Assembly: GCA_044229145.1 (NCBI GenBank)
Contig: JBGATO010000040.1
Coordinates: forward strand, 1 to 33,923
Source: Candidatus Eiseniibacteriota bacterium
GTDB taxonomy: Bacteria > Eisenbacteria > RBG-16-71-46 > CAZEPH01
Direction of reading: 5' to 3'
Length of the DNA stretch: 33,923 bases
Shown here: positions 1 to 7,774 of the stretch, piece by piece
Layout of the letters: the number at the start of each line of letters is the position of its first letter
How positions within the stretch are numbered: position 1 is the first letter of the stretch
Notes under the pieces: generated by a model
Databases searched by the model: none
What the model saw: the letters and a program-made list of their open reading frames with translations, nothing else
What the model was told of the DNA's origin: nothing
Position numbers and translations under genes: made by a program

Positions 1-803
1 GGGTACACGACCTCGGCGCCGGCGAACGCCTCCTCCATCGTCTCGACGACGCGGAAGCTACCCTTCGACTCCTCGGCGTTGCGGGTGGCGAGGCCCATGC
101 ACTCCGGCATGAGGTCGTACCCGCTCGGGTGCGCCAACGTAACCTGCGCGCCGAAACGCGTGAGCAGCGTGATCAGCCCTTGCGGCACCGAGAGCGGCTT
201 GGCGTAGCTCGGCGAGTACGCCCACGTCACCGCGATCTTGCGACCGGCCAGCGACGCCGGACCGCCGAAGTGCTCGCGCAGCCACATCATGTCGGCGAGC
301 GTCTGCGTCGGGTGGTCCACATCGCACTGCAAGTTGACGATCGGCACCTGGCGCGCGTCCTTGGTCGCGTGCAAGTATCCGTCGATGCCGGCCTTGACCT
401 GCTGCATGAACGACTGTCCTTCGCCGAGCAACATGTCGTGGCGGATGCCGAGCGCGTGCGCGTTCATGCCGAGCATCGCGCCAGTCTCCTCCGCCGTCTC
501 GCCATGCGCGATCTGCGTCGACGTGCCATCGACGATCACCGGCGACATGCCGAGCCGCGCCGCCGCGCCCGCCCACGCCGACTTGGTGCGCGTCGAGTTG
601 TCGAAGAACATCGCGTAGGCGAGCTGATGCGGCAGCATCGCCGTGTTGATGCCGAGACGGTCCATCTCCTCGAGGCGCTCCGCGACCGCGAGCAACATGT
701 CGATCTCGGCAACCGGCCAGTCCTGGGTAGTGAGGAGGCTCTTGCCAAGCAGCGCGCTCAGGGCCTGCGCGTCGAGCGTGTCGTGGTGGAGTGTCGTGTT
801 CAT
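1..803 (-). CDS. ygeW: YgeW-family (knotted) carbamoyltransferase, 3' end outside window
   Basis: Not in the ORF track; translated by hand from ATG at 803 (SD GGAGA upstream): MNTTLHHDTL...FFDNSTRTKSAW...NLQCDVDHPTQTLAD...TWAYSPSYAKPLSVPQG...GAEVVYP. STRT and HPTQ are carbamoyltransferase motifs; WAYSPSYxKPLSVPQG is typical of YgeW. Confidence 0.85.
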   Translation of the reverse strand, partial: MNTTLHHDTLDAQALSALLGKSLLTTQDWPVAEIDMLLAVAERLEEMDRLGINTAMLPHQLAYAMFFDNSTRTKSAWAGAAARLGMSPVIVDGTSTQIAHGETAEETGAMLGMNAHALGIRHDMLLGEGQSFMQQVKAGIDGYLHATKDARQVPIVNLQCDVDHPTQTLADMMWLREHFGGPASLAGRKIAVTWAYSPSYAKPLSVPQGLITLLTRFGAQVTLAHPSGYDLMPECMGLATRNAEESKGSFRVVETMEEAFAGAEVVY

Positions 804-842
804 GCTGTCGGTCTCCTGTCCGCCCCGCCGCGGGGCGAGGGG

Positions 843-2315
843 TCAGTGCGTCGCGCCGTAGCGCGCGACACGGTCGTTGAAGGCCACGATCTGGCGGTCG
901 AGTTCCGCGCCGACGCTCCAGCGCTCCGGCCAGTAGCTGTCGTGGTCATGCCATTGCGCGTCGAGTTCGGCGACGTCCTTGCCCTGCTGCTCGACCCACG
1001 TGTAGTACTTGAGATTGTGGATCCGGCGCTTGTCGGCGTGCGTCAGCTCGCGCAAATGCGCGGTGTGCTGCCGCTCGAGCCGCACCGTGTAGTCGAACGC
1101 CGCCTGCGCCTCGCTGTACGGCCCCGCCGCCTGCTGCTCGGCGAGCCGCGAGCGATAGAGATCGAGCGAGTCGGTGCACACGGTGAACACGACATCACGC
1201 TCCGTGAGCTCGAACCACCGCGCCGTCTGGATCGCCGCCAGCACGTTGGCGATGCCGCTGATCCCGAGCAGATCGAGCTTGGCGACGAAGTCGTCCGCGA
1301 CACCCGCCGCCTTGAGACGCGCGCGACCTTCCGGTTCGTGGAAGAAGCGCAGCAACGCGAGCGGGTCGTTGTCGTCGATCGCCACTACGACGTCGGTGTT
1401 GCGCACGTTGTGGATCCACGGCACGTGCTTGTCGCCGATGCCTTCGATGCGGTGCGCGCCGTAGCCGTTCTCGAGCAGCGTCGGACACTGCAACGCTTCG
1501 CTCGCGACGATCTTCATCGCCGGATACAATTCCTTGAGGCGGTCACCCGCGGCGATGGTGCCGGCCGAACCGGTGGACGACACGTACGCGGCCAGGCGAT
1601 CGCCCGGCGCCATCGCGCCGCGCAGCACCTCGTCGATGGCCGACGCGGTGACCTCGTAGTGCCACAGGCCGTTGCCGAACTCTTCGAACTGATTGAGGAT
1701 CACGGCGTCCTCGTTCTCCGCCCGCAGGCGGTGACACGCGTCGTAGATTTCCTTCACGTTCGACTCGCAGCCGGGCGTCGCCCAGACTTCGGCGCCGATG
1801 TCGCGCAGCCACGCGAAGCGCTCCGGGCTCATCTCCTCCGGCAAGATGGCGAGCGAGCGGCAGCCGAGCAGCGAGGCGACGAACGCACCGCCGCGACAGT
1901 AGTTGCCGGTCGACGGCCAGACGGCAAGATGCCGCGACGGATCGAACTGCCCGCTGACCAAGCGGGGCGCCAGGCACCCGAACGCGGCGCCCACCTTGTG
2001 CGCGCCGGTCGGGAAGTTGCGTCCGACCAGGGCGAAGATGCGAGCCCGCACACCGGTCAGCGCCGACGGGAACTCGAGACAGTTCACGTCGCCGTAGCCG
2101 CCGCTGTCAGGATCGTTCCTCCACGTGATGCGGAAGAGATTGCGCGGATGCACGTCCCACAGCCCGACCGGACGCAAGTCTTCGCGGAGAGCGTGCGGGA
2201 TCTGCTGCGGATCGCGCATCTGCGCGAAAGTCGGAATCACGACGCCGCGTTCGTGGCAGCGGCGGACCGCCTGCTCCAGAGCCGGAGCGGCGTCGGTCAA
2301 CGTGTCTGGCGACAT
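843..2315 (-). CDS. PLP-dependent enzyme, fold type II (TrpB/cysteine synthase-like), about 490 aa
   Basis: FPTGAHKVG (PLP lysine), WPSTGNYCRGG, STGSAGT phosphate loop, HRIEGIGDKH; ATG at 2315 with AGGAGG SD at 2325-2330. Confidence 0.85.
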   Translation of the reverse strand: MSPDTLTDAAPALEQAVRRCHERGVVIPTFAQMRDPQQIPHALREDLRPVGLWDVHPRNLFRITWRNDPDSGGYGDVNCLEFPSALTGVRARIFALVGRNFPTGAHKVGAAFGCLAPRLVSGQFDPSRHLAVWPSTGNYCRGGAFVASLLGCRSLAILPEEMSPERFAWLRDIGAEVWATPGCESNVKEIYDACHRLRAENEDAVILNQFEEFGNGLWHYEVTASAIDEVLRGAMAPGDRLAAYVSSTGSAGTIAAGDRLKELYPAMKIVASEALQCPTLLENGYGAHRIEGIGDKHVPWIHNVRNTDVVVAIDDNDPLALLRFFHEPEGRARLKAAGVADDFVAKLDLLGISGIANVLAAIQTARWFELTERDVVFTVCTDSLDLYRSRLAEQQAAGPYSEAQAAFDYTVRLERQHTAHLRELTHADKRRIHNLKYYTWVEQQGKDVAELDAQWHDHDSYWPERWSVGAELDRQIVAFNDRVARYGATH

Positions 2316-2427
2316 GTGGGGCGACCTCCTGTTCAGGGATGTCGTCCGATGGTGCCGCAACACCCGCTCTCCCACCTATGGCACGGAAGGGGGTGCGACC
2401 AAGGGTGTAGTGCGGAGCCCCGGTGTG

Positions 2428-2459
2428 AAAACGGCGGCCGCGTACTGTGCGGCCGCCGT
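2428..2459 (-). terminator. Intrinsic terminator after the ytxH-like gene
   Basis: 11-bp stem ACGGCGGCCGC/GCGGCCGCCGT (2431-2459) running into TTTT on the minus strand. Confidence 0.7.
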
Positions 2460-2493
2460 CATCGTCTCAGGCCAGGTCTCGTGGGCCGGCGCC

Positions 2494-2754
2494 TCACTCC
2501 GTCGTCGCCCCGGCTACTTCACGCCGGCGGTCGTTCGCCGCCAGTTCGTGGCGGTCGCCGTGCCGGGTGAAGATGTCGCTCAGGTCATGCAGCTTCTCCG
2601 CCGCGCCGTCCTTCAGGTGGCGCGCCTTGTCCCCGATCGCCTTGCGGGTCGTCCGGCCCGAAGCCGGCGCGAACAGCAGCGCCAACCCCGCCCCGATCGC
2701 CGCTCCCAGCAGCATCCCGCCGATCATCCGGCCGGTGTCGTTCTGACGTTCCAT
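2494..2754 (-). CDS. YtxH domain-containing protein
   Basis: GMLLGAAIGAGLALLFAPASGRTTRKAI is the YtxH signature; GGAGA SD; alternative GTG start at 2757. Confidence 0.85.
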   Translation of the reverse strand: MERQNDTGRMIGGMLLGAAIGAGLALLFAPASGRTTRKAIGDKARHLKDGAAEKLHDLSDIFTRHGDRHELAANDRRREVAGATTE

Positions 2755-3166
2755 CACTCTCTCCTTCCGGCGATGGCGTGGCGGCGCGGGGGTCGGCGCC
2801 CCACCATCGCTCCAACGCGCCGCAGGCGGCGCGCATCACGTGCATGAGTGTCGCCAATTGCCGAATCGGAGGTTCGATTTCGTCGAGGACCGTGTCGGCC
2901 AGGGCGGCCGATCGTTGCACGATGACGTCCACGCGGTCGGCACTGACGCGCATGGTTTGCGCAACGTCGTCGAGCGACTGCAGCGTCGCTTCGATGCGCG
3001 CCGCGGTGTCGCGCGTCTGCTCGAGCGCCTCGTCGGTGCGGCGCAGCGTGCCGGCTGCCTGTTCGACGAACGCGTGCAACCGCAACAACGTGCGGGCGAG
3101 CAAGCCCAGCACGACGACGAACGCGACGAGCGCGCACAACGCGCCGACCTGCATCGCCACGGTCAT
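2585..3166 (-). CDS. DUF948/YoxC-like membrane-anchored coiled-coil protein
   Basis: N-terminal TM helix then a heptad-rich helical region; GGAGG SD; usual neighbour of YtxH. The frame runs about 170 nt into ytxH, so the true 3' end is uncertain. Confidence 0.65.
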   Translation of the reverse strand: MTVAMQVGALCALVAFVVVLGLLARTLLRLHAFVEQAAGTLRRTDEALEQTRDTAARIEATLQSLDDVAQTMRVSADRVDVIVQRSAALADTVLDEIEPPIRQLATLMHVMRAACGALERWWGADPRAATPSPEGESDGTSERHRPDDRRDAAGSGDRGGVGAAVRAGFGPDDPQGDRGQGAPPEGRRGGEAA

Positions 3167-3181
3167 GGGCGACCTCCGCTT

Positions 3182-4324
3182 CTACCCGGCGGCGGCGAGC
3201 GGCGCCGTCGCCGTGACGCGCGCGGCGAACTCGCGTTCGAACTCCGGCCAGCGCTCTGGGGCAAGCGGCAGGCCATCGTCACCGGCCAACGCGCGCAACT
3301 TGGTGACTTCGTCACCATACCACTGCACCAGGGGTTGGCCGATGCGCAACGTTGGGAGTTCATCCGCCAGCGCCTTTGGTGTCAGCACGCAGATCCACCC
3401 GTGGAGATACGGGCTGTCGCGTACCGTCGCACCGTCCTTGCGCAGCGTCTCATTGACGAGGTGGACACGACCGGACAGCGGCGCCCGCAACTGCACGGCC
3501 GCGCTTCCGCGCCGCACCGTGAACAGCACGTCACCGCGCGTCACGTCGATGCCGGCCGGGGGCAGGCCGATGCTGTCGATGGCGCCGCACGCCTTGCGCG
3601 CGAGGTCGTCGAGGCCGCACTTGACGTCACCGCTCGGCTCGATACGCGCCCACACGTGGCCCGTGCTGACGAACGCGCCGCCCGGCACCGCGTATTCGTG
3701 CGCCGCCGCGCTGTCTGCCACCGCCGGCGCGACGAGCCGCACCGTCGGCAAGCGCGCCGCATCGAGCCGCGCTTGCCGCTTGATGAGGAGCCGGCGCGCG
3801 AACGCCACCAGCTCGTCCTCGGTGAACGGCTTCTGCACGTACTCGAGCGCGCCGTGCTGCATCGTCTCGACGGCGGTATCGATCGTGCCGTAGCCGGTGA
3901 TCACCGCGATGTCGACGTCGGGACGCAGGTGATGCACCGCCTTCACCACCTCGACGCCGTCCATCCCCGGCATCTTGAGGTCGGTGAAGACGAAGTCGTA
4001 GTCGCGCCGCCGCACCAGCGACAACGCTTCCGGCCCGCTCTCCACCGTGTCGACGCTGAAGCCGTCGAGCACCAGGATCTTCCGGAAACTGTCGAGGACG
4101 ATCGCCTCGTCGTCCACGGCGAGGATGCGAGCCTTCGGGTTCGGCACTTCGACGCGCTTGAGGCTGCGCGCTTCGTCGGCGAACTCGAGACGCAGCGCGA
4201 CGTGCAACACTTCCTCGCGTTCGCGCTTGGCGCGCGCCGTCGCGGCGCGCCTGGTCAGAGCGCGCACCCCGACGTCGAGCAACACGAACGCCACCAACAT
4301 GAAGATCATCACGAGAGCAGTCAT
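3182..4324 (-). CDS. Membrane-anchored response regulator: TM + receiver + GcvH-like domain
   Basis: Hydrophobic N-terminus; receiver ILAVDDE...FTDLKMPGMDG...ITGYG...QKPF; C-terminal GHVWARIE...GLDD...APLSGRVHLVN...SPYLHGWI resembles glycine-cleavage H protein. Confidence 0.85.
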   Translation of the reverse strand: MTALVMIFMLVAFVLLDVGVRALTRRAATARAKREREEVLHVALRLEFADEARSLKRVEVPNPKARILAVDDEAIVLDSFRKILVLDGFSVDTVESGPEALSLVRRRDYDFVFTDLKMPGMDGVEVVKAVHHLRPDVDIAVITGYGTIDTAVETMQHGALEYVQKPFTEDELVAFARRLLIKRQARLDAARLPTVRLVAPAVADSAAAHEYAVPGGAFVSTGHVWARIEPSGDVKCGLDDLARKACGAIDSIGLPPAGIDVTRGDVLFTVRRGSAAVQLRAPLSGRVHLVNETLRKDGATVRDSPYLHGWICVLTPKALADELPTLRIGQPLVQWYGDEVTKLRALAGDDGLPLAPERWPEFEREFAARVTATAPLAAAG

Positions 4325-4333
4325 GGCCCTACC

Positions 4334-5860
4334 TCACTCATCACGTCCCACGCCGTCTCCCACGTTCGGCGCCGCGGTCGCGGATTCGCCGGGAAGACGG
4401 ACGGTGAAGCGACTTCCCCGTCCTGGAGTGCTGTCCACCTCGATGGTGCCCTGATGCCGGGCAACGATGCTCCAGGTGACAGCCAATCCGAGTCCGGTGC
4501 CGCGCGTGCCCTTCGTCGAGAAGAAGGGCTCGAAAATCCGCGGCACATCGGCGGCGGGAATTCCACATCCGGTATCCTCGACCTCGAGCGCGACACCGCG
4601 CGGTCCGTCGCGCCGCGTGCGCACGGTGATCTGGCCGCCCGCGTCGCCGAGTGCGTCGGCGGCGTTGAGCAGCAGATTGACGAGGACCTGTTCGATCTGA
4701 TTGCCGTCGACGGTGACCGGCGGCAGGTCGCCGGCCAGCTCGAGGTGCAGCGCCGCCTGATGTTTCGCGAGCTGGTTCTGCACGATGCCGGCGGCGTGTC
4801 GCACGATGTCTTCGAGGGACACCTGCTGACGATGCGGCGGCGACTGCCGCGCGTAGTCGAGCAGATTGCGCACGATTTCGCGGCAGCGCTTGGTTTCGCG
4901 CACGATGACCTCGAGGTCTTCGCGCGACGCGCTGTCGTCGCCGATGCGCTTGAGCAGGAACGTGGCGTAGGTCAGCACGCCGGTCAGTGGGTTGTTGATC
5001 TCGTGCGCGACACCGGCGGCCAGTCGGCCGACCGACGCCAGCTTGTCGGCGGCCACCAACTGCGTCTGCGCCTCGCGCAGCCGGCGCGTCATGTCATTGA
5101 AGGTCGTCGCGAGCGCGCCGAGTTCGTCGTCGCGGGTGACCGGCACCGTGGTCGTGAGGTCGCCGTCCGCCACGCGCTTGGTGCCGACCGCCAGCGCGCG
5201 GGTCGGCTCGATCACGAGGCGGCCGGTCAGCCACCACAACACGACGCTGGTGGCGAGGATCGCGAGGGCGGCCCACAGCGCGAACCGGCGCTGACTGTCG
5301 GCAATCTCCTTGTCCACGGTCGTAAGCGTGACATTGACGTCGAGCACGCCGAGGACGCTCTGCTGCGGCGAGTGCGCGTGGCAGGCGCCGGCGCTGCACC
5401 CCGGCTCGTTGGGAATCGGCACGATGGTGCCGAGCACGCGATGGCCATCGGCGGCGCGGTAGATACGCGAGCGCTGCTTCATCGGCAGCCGGCTGAGCGG
5501 CTTGCCCGACGCGTGGCAGCCGTAGCACGCCTCCGCCCGCTTATCGACGGACGTGCCGATCTCGCCGACATCGGTCGAGAACGCGATCGTGCCGTCTTGG
5601 TCGAAGACGCGTACCTTCTCGATGCCCTGCTCGCGCCCGAGTCCGAGAATCTGCTGGTGCAAACTCTCGCGCCGGTTCTCGAGCATGTCGTAGTGCGCGC
5701 TGTGGCGAATGGCTTCGCCGAGTTGCGTCGTGCTGCGTTCGAGTTCGGCGATGAGTTCGGCGCGGTGGGCGCGGATCATCAGGGCGCTCATGCCGCCGAT
5801 GGTCGCCGCCGTGACGACGGCGACGGCGAGGATCACCCGCGAGCCGATCGACATGCGCAC
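4334..5860 (-). CDS. Sensor histidine kinase (TM-periplasmic c-heme motifs-TM-HAMP-HisKA-HATPase)
   Basis: H-box AAGVAHEINNPL, N-box NLLLNAADA, DTGCGI, FEPFFSTK, GTGLGL; HAMP DELGALATTFNDM; periplasmic CYGCH and CSAGACH. Start GTG 5860 (SD GGAGG) or ATG 5854. Confidence 0.92.
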   Translation of the reverse strand: MRMSIGSRVILAVAVVTAATIGGMSALMIRAHRAELIAELERSTTQLGEAIRHSAHYDMLENRRESLHQQILGLGREQGIEKVRVFDQDGTIAFSTDVGEIGTSVDKRAEACYGCHASGKPLSRLPMKQRSRIYRAADGHRVLGTIVPIPNEPGCSAGACHAHSPQQSVLGVLDVNVTLTTVDKEIADSQRRFALWAALAILATSVVLWWLTGRLVIEPTRALAVGTKRVADGDLTTTVPVTRDDELGALATTFNDMTRRLREAQTQLVAADKLASVGRLAAGVAHEINNPLTGVLTYATFLLKRIGDDSASREDLEVIVRETKRCREIVRNLLDYARQSPPHRQQVSLEDIVRHAAGIVQNQLAKHQAALHLELAGDLPPVTVDGNQIEQVLVNLLLNAADALGDAGGQITVRTRRDGPRGVALEVEDTGCGIPAADVPRIFEPFFSTKGTRGTGLGLAVTWSIVARHQGTIEVDSTPGRGSRFTVRLPGESATAAPNVGDGVGRDE

Positions 5861-5864
5861 GCCG

Positions 5865-7016
5865 CTACCCTCCGTCCGCCGCGGCACGCGCCGGCGCTTC
5901 GTCGGGGAAGATCGGCAGATACCGTGCGGCCAGCGCGAACAGGACGAAGCCGAGCGCCACGAGCCCGACCGACACCGTGAATTCCATCGCCGACGGGATG
6001 TAGCGCACGCCCGCGGCGCGTTCCATGCCGGTGACGCTGACGTTCAGGCGGTTGAGCAGAAACCCCATCACGACGAACAGCGAGATCAGCGGTAGCCACT
6101 GCTTCGAACGGCGAATCGCCGGCACCAGCAGCAAGCACCACGGCACCACCACGCCGATGCCGTACTCGAGCAGAAACATGCGCTCTTCGTAGCCGGGGTG
6201 CAGGAGCAGCAACCAGGCGCCGGTGCGGTGCAGCAACAACGCGCGCAGCAAGCCATAGAGCCCGAGCGCCACCACCAGCCCGCGCGCCAGCGGCTCGAGG
6301 ATGTCCATCTCGAGATGCCGCCCGAACGCCCGCCCGCTCAGCGTCGACTCGAGCACCACCATGGCCAGACCTGCCGCCACCGCCGACATCACGAACAGGA
6401 ACGGCAGCATCGGCGAATACCACAACGGATACAGTTTGGTCGGCACGATCAAGTAGAGGGTGCCCAGCGACGACTGATGCAGCGTCGACAGCAACACGCC
6501 GGCGATCACCAGCGGCGTGCCGATCGCCCGCAGCACGCGCCGCGGCCGCTCGAGCCGCAACCGCTCGAACACGATCGGCAGGAACTCGAGGACCAGCACC
6601 GTGGTGTAGAGCATCACGCACCACGCCACCTCGAACATCACCGAATGCGGATTCCAGAAAACGAGAGCGTGCCAGATGCGCCACGGCTGCCCGAGGTCGA
6701 ACAGCAGCCCGGCGATCACCAACAGATAGCCGAGCAGGCCGGTGAGCAGCGTCGGCCGCAGGATCGGCTCGAAGCGCTCGATGTGGAAGATGTGGACGAT
6801 CGCCATGATCGTGAACGCGCCCGCGGCGAGACCGACGCCGCACAGCACGTCGAACCCGATCCACACGCCCCACGGGAACTGATCGCTGAGATGCGTCACC
6901 GCGCCGAGCCCGCGCGAGAAGCGCAGGAACGCCACGACCGCGAACGCCACGAGAACGACGGCGCCGAACACTTCCCAAAAGCCGAGGCGCGGAGCGCGCA
7001 GCGTGCGGGTCGTCAT
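5865..7016 (-). CDS. HybB/NrfD (polysulfide reductase family) integral membrane quinol-interacting subunit
   Basis: About 10 TM helices; GLGAVTHLSDQFPWGVWIGFDV, DLGQPWR, SVMFEVAWC, LSTLHQSSLG motifs. Confidence 0.9.
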   Translation of the reverse strand: MTTRTLRAPRLGFWEVFGAVVLVAFAVVAFLRFSRGLGAVTHLSDQFPWGVWIGFDVLCGVGLAAGAFTIMAIVHIFHIERFEPILRPTLLTGLLGYLLVIAGLLFDLGQPWRIWHALVFWNPHSVMFEVAWCVMLYTTVLVLEFLPIVFERLRLERPRRVLRAIGTPLVIAGVLLSTLHQSSLGTLYLIVPTKLYPLWYSPMLPFLFVMSAVAAGLAMVVLESTLSGRAFGRHLEMDILEPLARGLVVALGLYGLLRALLLHRTGAWLLLLHPGYEERMFLLEYGIGVVVPWCLLLVPAIRRSKQWLPLISLFVVMGFLLNRLNVSVTGMERAAGVRYIPSAMEFTVSVGLVALGFVLFALAARYLPIFPDEAPARAAADGG

Positions 7017-7774
7017 GCGCCGGCCCTCCCGGCGGGACGCGCCGCTCGCGCGTTCGCCTCCGCGGCGAGTTGCATGCGACGTCGCGTCAGCCAGTGGATG
7101 CCGTAGAGGAACGCGCCCGCCATCATCGCGTAGTCAGGAATCTTGCCGAGCACTTGCCAGGTGAGCAGCGACAACGGCTGGCGCGGCAGGTTCTCCGGCA
7201 GCCCGAGTTTCGCGAACGGCACCGATGACAGGTACATCACCGCCGTGCCGCCCGCCTCGTCGCTGCCATAGACGTGCGGAACGTAGCGCTGCGGCGACTG
7301 GCGTATCCGCTCGCGCGCGTCGGCCAGCAACGTGTCGCGCTCGCCGAACGTCGTCGCGCCGGTCGGGCACACGGTCGCGCAGGCGGGCTGCTTTCCGTCG
7401 GCGAGGCGCTCCGCGCACATCACGCATTTGCCGACGATCGGCACCGGCCGATCCCACTGGTATTTCGGAATGCCGAATGGGCACGCCATCATGCAGTACC
7501 GGCAGCCGATGCACTTCTCGGCGTCGTACACCACCGCCCCGCGGGCGGTCTTCTGCATCGCCCCGACCGGACACACCGAGACACACGTCGGCGTCAGGCA
7601 GTGCATGCACATGGTCCGCGTCCACACCCCGGCGCGCTTCTGCACCGTGGTCCACGTCGCGGCGGTGGTGCGGTCTTCGATCGGCAGCGGCAGCTCGTGC
7701 TCTTCCTTGCACGCGGCGGTGCAGCCGCCACAGCCGATACACTTGGTCGCGTCGAACAGCAGGCCCGCGCTCAT
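7013..7774 (-). CDS. HybA/NrfC-like 4x[4Fe-4S] protein with C-terminal TM anchor
   Basis: CIGCGGCTAAC, CMHCLTPTCVSVCP, CIGCRYCMMACP, CVMC...PACATVCP; ATG 7774 overlaps the cytochrome stop (ATGA) with a GGAGG SD. Confidence 0.9.
   Translation of the reverse strand: MSAGLLFDATKCIGCGGCTAACKEEHELPLPIEDRTTAATWTTVQKRAGVWTRTMCMHCLTPTCVSVCPVGAMQKTARGAVVYDAEKCIGCRYCMMACPFGIPKYQWDRPVPIVGKCVMCAERLADGKQPACATVCPTGATTFGERDTLLADARERIRQSPQRYVPHVYGSDEAGGTAVMYLSSVPFAKLGLPENLPRQPLSLLTWQVLGKIPDYAMMAGAFLYGIHWLTRRRMQLAAEANARAARPAGRAGA

Noticed and set aside
2316..2427. Riboswitch or sigma54 promoter upstream of the PLP enzyme/ygeW genes
   Set aside because: No purine, guanidine or other aptamer consensus recognised; the TGGCAC near 2379 is on the wrong strand and lacks a -12 TTGC. 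An Rfam/Infernal scan would settle it.
129..5980. Very long plus-strand ORFs (129-2570, 2840-5980; likewise 12368-14929, 25726-27852)
   Set aside because: Antisense shadows of well-supported minus-strand genes; Arg/His-rich translations with no motifs, as expected in high-GC DNA.
5865..7774. Calling the locus a hydrogenase-2 (hyb) operon
   Set aside because: No small or large NiFe subunits or maturation genes in the window; only family-level similarity.
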